In this document: piece after piece, positions 29,812-38,457 of the stretch | Layout: the number at the start of each line of letters is the position of its first letter | Numbering within the stretch: position 1 is the stretch's first letter | Assembly (NCBI GenBank): GCA_023145615.1 | Contig: JAGLDK010000008.1 | Span: 9,837 to 73,836, forward strand | Direction: 5' to 3' | DNA from: Ichthyobacteriaceae bacterium | GTDB taxonomy: Bacteria > Bacteroidota > Bacteroidia > Flavobacteriales > JADGDT01 | Length of the DNA: 64,000 bases | Translations under genes and position numbers: made by a program | The notes under the pieces: model-generated | What the model was told of the DNA's origin: nothing | Database searches by the model: none | What the model saw: only the letters and a program-made list of their open reading frames with translations

Positions 29812-31068
29812 TTAGTTTTTCACTTGTTTTATTTTATTATTAACTCTTTTTTTAAAATAATCACTAGGGTAAATTAAGTATGATAATAAATACAAAATAA
29901 CCAATAAGAGTATATATTTATTGCCTCCTTCATTTCCTAAAATAAAGTAGAAAAATCCACTTGCCATAAATTGAGCATAAAATGTATATATTATTATTCT
30001 CCTAAAAAAGTGTAATCGTGGTGCAATTCCTACGTAGTAATCAATTGTTAAATAACTAAATAAAGAAATAAACAACATTAATATTAAACCTCCCGATTTA
30101 TAATAACTTGTTAAAAAAGTTCCGAATTGCCATTCGTAAGGGTTAACTCTTCTACTTAAAGAGGTATTCACTTCATATGAAGTAAACAATTTTTTGAAAA
30201 ATGGAAAACCAGAATCTCCATAATTATATTTCGTCCACCTATTTATTGTTTCATTAAAAATAAATGGTTGCATACCAGCATACCCTACAACTCCTACTTC
30301 AAAAGCAGAAGATCCAGATTTTTTTTGATCAAATCTATCAACAGTTGCAATAGTCAAAAACCCTACCGAAATTACTGAGAACAGAATAAACATACGTTGT
30401 ATGTATTTAACTATCTTCTCTGATAAAAGTTTATAAAACAAAAAATTCACTACTAAAAACGCAATTCCAACAAGTATGAATCCCGTTCTACCCGAAAATG
30501 CTAATACATTAACAATGTATGATATGGCTCCTAAAGCCAAACCCAACTTTATATAAATTGATTTTTTTTGAATTATTGCTACATAAATAAACACTAAAAA
30601 CAAATAATAAAAACGAGCTATAGTGGTTGATATTGTAGTAAAAATACTTTTCGGCAATACTGTTACACCATCCTGAATCAGTCCCTCCCTTATCTCTTTA
30701 GTTCCAGTTACAAGTGATTTAAATGCATGAGGAGACAAATAAACAAAAGCAAAAACACCTGCAATTGAAAAAACAATTAACACAACATCCATTACCCCAT
30801 CTCGAGGTATAATCGATTCAGAAGTTATTGATCTTATTTTTAAAGCAGGAAGTAGGTGAAGTAATATTAATACTGAGTACAAAACAAAAACTAACCATGA
30901 GTCTTGAGTAAAATCATGACTTGGTATTATATGAGATCCTATAAAAAAAGAAAAGATGGTACCAACAAAATATATACCTATAATTACCATTGCCACTTTG
31001 TTTTTTAAATACCTGTAATTATAATAAAACAACAATGATATAAATATGAAAGGAATTATTGCATGCAT
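29812..31068 (-). CDS. O-antigen/repeat-unit polymerase (Wzy-like) polytopic membrane protein
   Basis: 418 aa with about 10 or more hydrophobic segments, located between GT genes and next to Wzx. Called from topology and context only. Confidence 0.5.
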   Translation of the reverse strand: MHAIIPFIFISLLFYYNYRYLKNKVAMVIIGIYFVGTIFSFFIGSHIIPSHDFTQDSWLVFVLYSVLILLHLLPALKIRSITSESIIPRDGVMDVVLIVFSIAGVFAFVYLSPHAFKSLVTGTKEIREGLIQDGVTVLPKSIFTTISTTIARFYYLFLVFIYVAIIQKKSIYIKLGLALGAISYIVNVLAFSGRTGFILVGIAFLVVNFLFYKLLSEKIVKYIQRMFILFSVISVGFLTIATVDRFDQKKSGSSAFEVGVVGYAGMQPFIFNETINRWTKYNYGDSGFPFFKKLFTSYEVNTSLSRRVNPYEWQFGTFLTSYYKSGGLILMLFISLFSYLTIDYYVGIAPRLHFFRRIIIYTFYAQFMASGFFYFILGNEGGNKYILLLVILYLLSYLIYPSDYFKKRVNNKIKQVKN

Positions 31069-31093
31069 AATATGTTATTTAAATTCAACAAAA

Positions 31094-31990
31094 TCAAGTG
31101 TTTTTAAAAACCTGATATAAAGGCAAGTAAACATTACCAAAAAACATAGCTTTTGTTTTTTTATACAATTTGCAAGTAGCAGAATTGTTGGTTGTGTAAG
31201 CTAATTTGTTTATTATCGTTTTAATTTCGAATATTTTTTTGTATTTATATTTAGTATACTTGTTAGCGTTGTCTAAAAAATATCTATACTTATCATATCT
31301 AACAGTATTTTCTGTTTGTTGAGAAATACTTAATTCGTGCAAACGATATACACTTAAGTAATCATCTAAAAACTTAACTTTTTTATTTCCGGCTACTAAT
31401 ACCATTAAAGTTTGATCTCCAGCAAAAACCTTAAAAGCCCAATCAGGCACATTGGTTAATATTGAATTAGATCGGAATAGAAAAGTTGATGTATGAGTGA
31501 AATTTCGAATTAAATAATCTGATAATTCGAAACTTAATTTATTTTTTTGATAAAAGGATCTGTTATCTACTTCTTGCAAGTTGTTATCTCCCGTTTTTGT
31601 ATAATACTTTGATGTAACTATGCTATAAGACTCATTATTATCTAAAAAATCAACTTGTTTTTGAAGTTTTAATGGGTCAATCCAATAATCATCACCTTCG
31701 CATGTTGCAATATATTTTGGATTTGCCAATTGGCATTTCTGAAGATTATAAAACCAATTACCTATTGATCCTTTATTTTTATCAAAATTTTCAAGTTCAA
31801 TTATATCAGGATATTTATTGGCATATTTTTTACAAACTTCAACAGTATTATCTGGAGAGTTATCAACTGTAATGTAAAGTTTAAATTTAAAATTGGTTTT
31901 CTGATTCAACACTCCTTCTATAGCTTCTGATATGTAATTTTCATGATTATACGTTATCATTGAAACTGCAACAACTATATTATCTTCCAT
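31094..31990 (-). CDS. Glycosyltransferase family 2
   Basis: 298 aa with the GT-A N-terminus VSMITYNHENYISEAIEGVLNQ and a DNSPDNT (DxD-like) motif. Confidence 0.85.
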   Translation of the reverse strand: MEDNIVVAVSMITYNHENYISEAIEGVLNQKTNFKFKLYITVDNSPDNTVEVCKKYANKYPDIIELENFDKNKGSIGNWFYNLQKCQLANPKYIATCEGDDYWIDPLKLQKQVDFLDNNESYSIVTSKYYTKTGDNNLQEVDNRSFYQKNKLSFELSDYLIRNFTHTSTFLFRSNSILTNVPDWAFKVFAGDQTLMVLVAGNKKVKFLDDYLSVYRLHELSISQQTENTVRYDKYRYFLDNANKYTKYKYKKIFEIKTIINKLAYTTNNSATCKLYKKTKAMFFGNVYLPLYQVFKNT

Positions 31991-32096
31991 TATTCTGAGT
32001 TAAAAACATTAACAATATCTATTTAATTAAATTTACATTAAATAGTATTTTTACAACCTTAACACCGAGCAACTGAAACAAAACACTCACTAACAA

Positions 32097-33539
32097 CTAC
32101 TTACTAAACTGAGTAAAATCATCTTTCATTGAAAGCATAAACTTTTTTTCGAATAAATAACTTAAACCTACATACAATATACCAGCAACAGCAATTTGAA
32201 TAAACAGTGTAATTGTAATTCCTAAATTAATTACTTGCCCCAAGTAATATGTTGCAACCATCATTATAATTGATATAATAAGTATTTTATAAATTTGTTT
32301 TACTTGTTTAATAATACCATAATTAAAAATATGCCCCGAATAAATAGAATTTAATATTACAGATGGAAAGGAAACAAAAGCAAAATGACTTAACAACATT
32401 ATAGTTATACCATATTTATAACTAAAATATATAGACAATGCCATTATAATTTTTTTTATAATTTCGAGTTTCAAAAACAAGTCGGATCTACCTTTTGCAT
32501 TAAGTGCTTGCAAATTCATTACACTTATTGGTAACATTGCACCCATAAGCATTAAAACCCTTAAATAAGGCACACTCTCTATCCACTTATCGGTTAATAA
32601 AAAAATTATTAAATTATCGGCAACTGCTAAAATTCCAAACATAACAGGCAATGTTACAAATGCCAACATTTTTAAACCTCTTGAAAATACTTTTACAAAT
32701 CTTTCGTTATCATCCTGTACTTTCGATAAAACAGGATAAACAATTTTACCAATAACACCTACAGTATTACTTATTGTAAGCAAATAAAACTCATTACTTC
32801 TGTTATAAAATCCCAAAGCAGCTGCGCTAAATAATTTACCAATTATAAGGTTATACAGGTTTGTAAAAACAGTATTCAATATACCCGACATTAGTAGTTT
32901 AGAACCAAAACCAAATAAGCCTTTTAACGAGTTTAAGCTAAATTTTAATTGAGGGTACCATTTACTAAACACAAACATAAATACACTCTTAAAAAAAGTA
33001 GCAACTATTATTTGAATAACTAACGCCATAACTCCGTAGCCATTATAAGCCATATAAACTCCTACAAAACCCGAAATTATTGATGATAATAAAGTAACCT
33101 TTGCTTGTGTTTTAAAATCTAATTCTTTCGATAATAAATTGTTAGGAACTGCGGCAAAAGAACCTATTAATAAATTGAATGATATTATTTTAGTAATTAA
33201 CACTAATTGAGGTTCGTTATAAAATTCGGCAATAAAATTTGCACTAAAAAATAACAACGCAGTCATTAAAGCACCTAAGAGTAGGTTTAGGTAAAAAACA
33301 GAAGATTCGTCAATATGAGTTATTTTTTTACGTTGTATAAGAGCAGCTCCAAAACCGCTATCAATAATGGTTTGTCCTAAAGCAGAAAATACAGCAATCA
33401 TTCCTATCAAACCAAATTCTTTTGGCGATAATATACGGGCAAGTATTAACGAAACTATAAAAGTTACTAACTGTCTTCCAAACTTTTCCATTATTGTCCA
33501 GAATACTCCTAATAATGCTTTTTGCCTAAGATTTTCCAA
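32097..33539 (-). CDS. wzx: Wzx-type oligosaccharide flippase (MOP/PST family)
   Basis: 480 aa with about 12-14 TM segments and the PST-family N-terminus ..FWTIMEKFGRQLVTFIVSLILARILSPKEFGLIG. Confidence 0.85.
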   Translation of the reverse strand: MENLRQKALLGVFWTIMEKFGRQLVTFIVSLILARILSPKEFGLIGMIAVFSALGQTIIDSGFGAALIQRKKITHIDESSVFYLNLLLGALMTALLFFSANFIAEFYNEPQLVLITKIISFNLLIGSFAAVPNNLLSKELDFKTQAKVTLLSSIISGFVGVYMAYNGYGVMALVIQIIVATFFKSVFMFVFSKWYPQLKFSLNSLKGLFGFGSKLLMSGILNTVFTNLYNLIIGKLFSAAALGFYNRSNEFYLLTISNTVGVIGKIVYPVLSKVQDDNERFVKVFSRGLKMLAFVTLPVMFGILAVADNLIIFLLTDKWIESVPYLRVLMLMGAMLPISVMNLQALNAKGRSDLFLKLEIIKKIIMALSIYFSYKYGITIMLLSHFAFVSFPSVILNSIYSGHIFNYGIIKQVKQIYKILIISIIMMVATYYLGQVINLGITITLFIQIAVAGILYVGLSYLFEKKFMLSMKDDFTQFSK

Positions 33540-33638
33540 ATATCATATTTTATAAGCACTAATTAATATAAGTTAAAACACTACTTTATAAAGTTTAATT
33601 TATTGTATTGTTTTATACTTATTAACTAGCCTTGTAAT

Positions 33639-34865
33639 TTATAGCTCATTAATTTTACTAAGCACGCGCTGAGTATTATTGAAATCATTATACTTAAAAA
33701 ACAATTTATAAATATCTTTATATCTCTCATCTACCGATTCGGAAGAAGGATAATTACTGTTTTGTAAAGTCTTAATTAAGTCGTTAAACGAATAACAAAT
33801 TTCTCCTGGAAATACATCCTTTAAATCATACACAAATCCATGTTGACTATTTACATAATGATCGTAATCATAAGCAAAAGAAATAACTGTTTTATTCAAA
33901 TATAAAGCATCAATATATGTGCTTGAATAATCCGAAATTAAAATATCCGACTCCCTAGTAAGTATATTCATATTAGAAATCATACTTGTTGATAAATCTA
34001 TAATATACTCATTGTCAATTATTTTTTTGAAAATATCAATTGGCGGATTAAAAGGATGATACCTAATTCCTAGTAAATAATTATTATCTTTTAAAAACTT
34101 CTTTAATATTGATAATTCTTCATTTGTAAAGTTATAATAATAGCCACCCACAGTACTATCTTTGTACGTTGGAGCATACATAATTAATTTTTTATCACCT
34201 TTTATAACTCTTAATAAACTAAGTTCTTTTTTTAGTTCATCTGGAAGATTCTTATCTTCTAACTTTAAAAAATCATTTCTTGGCAATCCGGTTTCCCAAA
34301 AATTCTCATCAGGAGTATTAAAAAACACTTTCTTTAAAATTTCTTTATTATCGGTTGATGAAGCTATAATAGAATGATGCTTCATTTCTTTCTCTAACTC
34401 CTTATTCATAAAACCAACTTCAGGATTAGAAAGATCTTTAATTATTATTCCATGCCAAAGGTTTACTATATTTCTATATTCGGGATGAGTAAAACGGAGT
34501 TTAATACTTTTAAATTCATAAGATATTGAATGTTGAATAATTATTTTCTTAGATTTTAAAAGATACCAATACGCAACCAACGACGTCATTTTTACCTGCT
34601 TAACACTTTTAGAGTTTCCTAAAGAAAGTTTTTTATTCCTGAATAATACAATTTTTTGTATATCATGGTTATTCTTAACACCCTCGAATAAGGCTAACGA
34701 ATTATCACTTAAATCTCCATCTCCCAAAAAGTAAACAGGAAAAATCCAGTAATCTTTTCTTTTTTCAAAAAAGCCATCTAACAGATTAAATACTACATTT
34801 AATAATAATCGTACACCCCAAACAAAACGATTAAAAATAGCTGATATAATTTTTGTTATTTTCAT
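33639..34865 (-). CDS. CDP-glycerol glycerophosphotransferase family protein (TagB/TagF-like)
   Basis: 408 aa with TagF-family C-terminal motifs (..YAPTYKD.., ..LISDYSSTYIDALYLNKTVISFAYDYDHY..). Confidence 0.8.
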   Translation of the reverse strand: MKITKIISAIFNRFVWGVRLLLNVVFNLLDGFFEKRKDYWIFPVYFLGDGDLSDNSLALFEGVKNNHDIQKIVLFRNKKLSLGNSKSVKQVKMTSLVAYWYLLKSKKIIIQHSISYEFKSIKLRFTHPEYRNIVNLWHGIIIKDLSNPEVGFMNKELEKEMKHHSIIASSTDNKEILKKVFFNTPDENFWETGLPRNDFLKLEDKNLPDELKKELSLLRVIKGDKKLIMYAPTYKDSTVGGYYYNFTNEELSILKKFLKDNNYLLGIRYHPFNPPIDIFKKIIDNEYIIDLSTSMISNMNILTRESDILISDYSSTYIDALYLNKTVISFAYDYDHYVNSQHGFVYDLKDVFPGEICYSFNDLIKTLQNSNYPSSESVDERYKDIYKLFFKYNDFNNTQRVLSKINEL

Positions 34866-34894
34866 AAAACAATGTCAAAATTTTTATTAATAGA

Positions 34895-35030
34895 TTATTT
34901 ATTCTCCTGCTTTAATTTTTCACCTTCCATATTATATACTTCTATTTTTAATTCTGAAAAGATAATTTCATACCTATCCCTTAAGTGTACTAAAATGTAT
35001 TTTTACAGGTATCGCATGCCACTAAAAGTC
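34895..35030 (-). pseudogene. Decayed 3'-terminal fragment of a second TagD/ECT-like cytidylyltransferase gene
   Basis: Minus-strand translation of 34972-34895 gives YEIIFSELKIEVYNMEGEKLKQENK*. The intact gene ends ..YDIIFSELRREVQNMEEWKLKQS* (35184-35261). 16 of 22 residues are identical, and the nucleotide similarity is visible by eye. An in-frame stop lies upstream (35003-35005) and there is no start. Confidence 0.55.
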
Positions 35031-35183
35031 AATCAAAAAGTATCAAGATCAGTTTAAAAATATAGAGCACGCAAATTTATTCGCTATGCTCTTAATTTAT
35101 CATTGATACAACCAAAAAAATAAAAACTATATTTTGGTTGCTATAAAACTTATTGTATTATGTGGATTATGCCTTACTTATAG

Positions 35184-35672
35184 TTACGATTGTTTTAATT
35201 TCCATTCTTCCATATTTTGCACTTCTCTGCGTAATTCTGAAAAAATAATATCGTACGAATTCTTTATAATATCACGTTTAGTACTAGTTGTACTTACAGT
35301 TCCGGTATATGGCAGATATACAACTTCCTTACCTTCTTGATTTTGCATCCAATCTAAACCCTCTAAGTATTTATCTTTCCAATCATCGCCAATTGTTACA
35401 ACATCAATCCCTAGTTCTTCAAGTTGATTAATATCTGTAAGTTTTTCTTGTTTTACAGCTTTATAAACTCCTTTCATTGATTGTATAATTCTTAACCTTT
35501 GCTCGAAAGGAATAACCGGAGGCATACCTTTATAATCAGCTATTAACTCGTCAGTACTTACTCCAACAATAAGTTTATCACCATATTCTGCCGATTTTTC
35601 AATAATATTAACATGCCCTATATGAAATAAGTCCCAAGTTCCTGATGTGTAAACAATTCTATCTTTTTTCAT
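35184..35672 (-). CDS. Cytidylyltransferase family protein (TagD / ethanolamine-phosphate cytidylyltransferase-like)
   Basis: 162 aa with HxGH-type motif SGTWDLFHIGH, plus GVSTDE and IGDDWKDKY. The substrate is not assignable from sequence. Confidence 0.8.
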   Translation of the reverse strand: MKKDRIVYTSGTWDLFHIGHVNIIEKSAEYGDKLIVGVSTDELIADYKGMPPVIPFEQRLRIIQSMKGVYKAVKQEKLTDINQLEELGIDVVTIGDDWKDKYLEGLDWMQNQEGKEVVYLPYTGTVSTTSTKRDIIKNSYDIIFSELRREVQNMEEWKLKQS

Positions 35673-36735
35673 TACGTAAATTATTTTGAATTTCTACTAT
35701 TTTATTAACTACTATATCTAATTCTCTTTTATTTTGAAGTCCAATATGCGACACTCTTAAAAGCTCACTACTTCCACTTGGCATTACATATATATTTTCT
35801 TTATTAAGCTGGTTACATACATTTTTACTGTTTTCAACATAAAATCCAGTAACACACGACGAAGGACTTTCAGCACTTAAAGTCCAATTATTATTTTTAC
35901 ACAATTGTCTGAAATACAATGCGTTTTCCTTTACTTTATTTAACGTTTTTTCTGCTCCTTCTTTCTTCAATTTCAACAACCTTGCATGTAGCTGATAAAA
36001 CAAAACTGTAGCCGGACTAAATGGTGTTTGACCTCTTTGCAAATTGCTTAGATTTTCTTCCATGTCTAAATAATAGTTATTACTACTAAATCCTTGCTTT
36101 AATGCTTTTTCGGCAATAGCTACAAACGATAATCCTGGAGGAATATTTAATCCTTTTTGACTACTAACAACAGCCATATCAATATCCCAGTTTTTCATAC
36201 TGAAATCATCAGTCATAAAAGAACTAATTGCATCAACAACCAATCGTACATTGTTATTTTTACAAGTGGTTGATATTTTATCTAAATCATATAATTGCCC
36301 CGATGATGTTTCGTGATGCTGACACAACAACACATCGTAATTGCCTTTATCTATAATATCATTTAATTTTGTATAATTAATATCTTTACCAAATACAACT
36401 TTAAACTCGTCGGCATTTATATTATGATATTTGCATAAATCTCTCCATCTGTTTCCAAAAGTCCCTCCATTAATAACCAAAACTTTATTGAAATTTGAAA
36501 CATAATTAACAACCACCGATTCCATTGCCGCAGTACCTGCCGATGTATAGGTAATAACTTTACCATCTTTTACATCTAACAATTCCTTTAATATTTCCTC
36601 GTTTTCGTTAACCATTTTCGAAAATTTACTTGTGCGCATATATGGAATTTGTTTAGATCCTAATGCCAAAATATCATCTTCAATTAAACCTGGAAATGCA
36701 AAGGTTAGCATTTCATTATCTGAATTTTCAAACAT
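35659..36735 (-). CDS. Class-V (AGXT/serine-pyruvate-type) PLP aminotransferase
   Basis: 358 aa with the PLP-lysine context VVSSQKGLNIPPGLSFVAI that is typical of class-V aminotransferases. It overlaps the next gene by 14 nt. Confidence 0.8.
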   Translation of the reverse strand: MFENSDNEMLTFAFPGLIEDDILALGSKQIPYMRTSKFSKMVNENEEILKELLDVKDGKVITYTSAGTAAMESVVVNYVSNFNKVLVINGGTFGNRWRDLCKYHNINADEFKVVFGKDINYTKLNDIIDKGNYDVLLCQHHETSSGQLYDLDKISTTCKNNNVRLVVDAISSFMTDDFSMKNWDIDMAVVSSQKGLNIPPGLSFVAIAEKALKQGFSSNNYYLDMEENLSNLQRGQTPFSPATVLFYQLHARLLKLKKEGAEKTLNKVKENALYFRQLCKNNNWTLSAESPSSCVTGFYVENSKNVCNQLNKENIYVMPSGSSELLRVSHIGLQNKRELDIVVNKIVEIQNNLRNEKR

Positions 36736-37186
36736 AATCTTCTCCTCTCATTGTTAATACTGGCGACATTCCCTCTTTAAATCCAAATTTTGCATAAAAT
36801 GGTTCGCTACCAGGAATGGCAGTTAAAAACATTTTCATAAAACCTCCTTCTATACTTTTTTTGGTAGTTAAATCAAGTAATCCCTTTCCAACTCCTAATT
36901 TTCTATAATCAGGATTAACCATAACATCAAGTATGTAATACATGTAAACATTATCGGTTAAAAGTCTTGCGTAACCAATTAACTCATTGTTTTTTAATGG
37001 ATTTCGTGCAGTAATTGCAACAGTATTTTCAAGCGAAATCTTTTCTTTTTCAACAGTTCGTAATGAATAATGAAAAACATTTTCGGGTGGAAATTTATCT
37101 GATGTAGATTTTTTCATTTTTTCCATCAAATTAAAAAGTTCGTCAGTATTTACCTCATCATTAAATTTATAGGTTATTTTATTCAT
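36728..37186 (-). CDS. GNAT family N-acetyltransferase
   Basis: 152 aa with acetyl-CoA motif A (YRKLGVGKGLL). Confidence 0.75.
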   Translation of the reverse strand: MNKITYKFNDEVNTDELFNLMEKMKKSTSDKFPPENVFHYSLRTVEKEKISLENTVAITARNPLKNNELIGYARLLTDNVYMYYILDVMVNPDYRKLGVGKGLLDLTTKKSIEGGFMKMFLTAIPGSEPFYAKFGFKEGMSPVLTMRGEDYV

Positions 37187-37188
37187 AA

Positions 37189-38457
37189 TTAATTTATCAT
37201 ATCAGGTGCAAAAACAGGAATATCATGAACTTCAGATACATCAAATCTTTCAACATGACTATCATCTATAAATATTGATTTATTTCCTTTTATATATTTC
37301 GATTTTTTATCTTTTCTATCTAAATGAATAACCTCATCAAACAAAGTACTTAACCTATATTTTTTCAACGATTCGTTAATATCAAAAGCATGTCGGGTAA
37401 TTAAAGTAACTTTTTTACCTTCGTTTATATACTGATAAAGTTTAGCTACCAAAGAAGTATTAACCTTGCCTTCAATTATTAAACAGTCATCAAAATCAAC
37501 ATAAACCTTATCGAAATCGTAATCCATATTTACTACAACTCCTAATGCCCTATCAATTTCAATACTAGCTTTATTCTCAACAATACTAACATCAAAATCA
37601 AAAGAATCGAAAATACTCAGTAGTGCAAAATTCACTCCTTTATATCTGTATAACAACGATGATCCTCCCATACGAGACGCAACCTCTAACAACGATAATT
37701 TATTATTTATATCTCTTTTAACTTGATAAAACCAAGCTCCACGAAACTCCATTTTAGAATTTATTGTGCGTGCAATTTCCTCAAATTCAAATCGTTCGGT
37801 TACATCTAACGAAATTGTATTAACCGATATTCCTGTTCGTGTACGCCTACGAGGACGTGGACCAGAAAACATCAGTTCTCCTTTTTTATTAGTAAAACAA
37901 TCAACTGTATATTCCTCTCCTGGTAAGTAATCCGATATAATACAATCACCCCATTCCTCTATATGAGATATTCCCTCATTTAAAGTTTTTATAACCTTTG
38001 CACCTCTCGATCCGTACCCAACATTGGGTTTTATAAATACCGGAAAATTTTCAACATCAATAATATTATCATACACTCTTGGCACATTCATTACCGAATT
38101 TAACAGAGTATATGTTAGTTTTTTTGAAGAACATATTCTACTAGTTTCAACCGACGATGCAATAACTTTGCAATTAAATTCTTGCTCTAATGGTTTTAAA
38201 AAAGAAATTGCAATATCCATAGCCGGATATATTGCTTCAATTTTATTATCTGAAATTATTTTTTTAAAATGCTCTACAAAATCAACGTCATTAATATTGG
38301 GCACATTTCCAATATAATTTTCGTAAACAAACTTACCGTGATCGTTAACACTACTAGCGCCAAATAACTCAACATGACGACTATGCTTTAACGAACGATG
38401 TATTTCTAAACCAACTTCCGATCCGCAAGGAAAAACTAAAACTTTAATTTTATTCAT
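37189..38457 (-). CDS. ATP-grasp ligase fused to a C-terminal HAD-like phosphatase module
   Basis: 422 aa. The first ~310 aa follow an ATP-grasp pattern (..FPVFIKPNVGYGSRGAKVI.., ..EYTVDCF.., ..LLEVASRMGGS). The last ~105 aa carry HAD-like motif I KVYVDFDDCLI and motif IV-like SIFIDDS. Confidence 0.7.
   Translation of the reverse strand: MNKIKVLVFPCGSEVGLEIHRSLKHSRHVELFGASSVNDHGKFVYENYIGNVPNINDVDFVEHFKKIISDNKIEAIYPAMDIAISFLKPLEQEFNCKVIASSVETSRICSSKKLTYTLLNSVMNVPRVYDNIIDVENFPVFIKPNVGYGSRGAKVIKTLNEGISHIEEWGDCIISDYLPGEEYTVDCFTNKKGELMFSGPRPRRRTRTGISVNTISLDVTERFEFEEIARTINSKMEFRGAWFYQVKRDINNKLSLLEVASRMGGSSLLYRYKGVNFALLSIFDSFDFDVSIVENKASIEIDRALGVVVNMDYDFDKVYVDFDDCLIIEGKVNTSLVAKLYQYINEGKKVTLITRHAFDINESLKKYRLSTLFDEVIHLDRKDKKSKYIKGNKSIFIDDSHVERFDVSEVHDIPVFAPDMIN

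Noticed and set aside
34872-35340. Plus-strand ORFs 34872..35057 and 35134..35340, which share a CFNF..S..NSEKIISY motif and at first looked like a small paralogous gene pair.
   Set aside because: The shared motif is the antisense reading of the cytidylyltransferase 3' end and of its decayed duplicate. The real signal is the duplication on the minus strand, reported as a finding.
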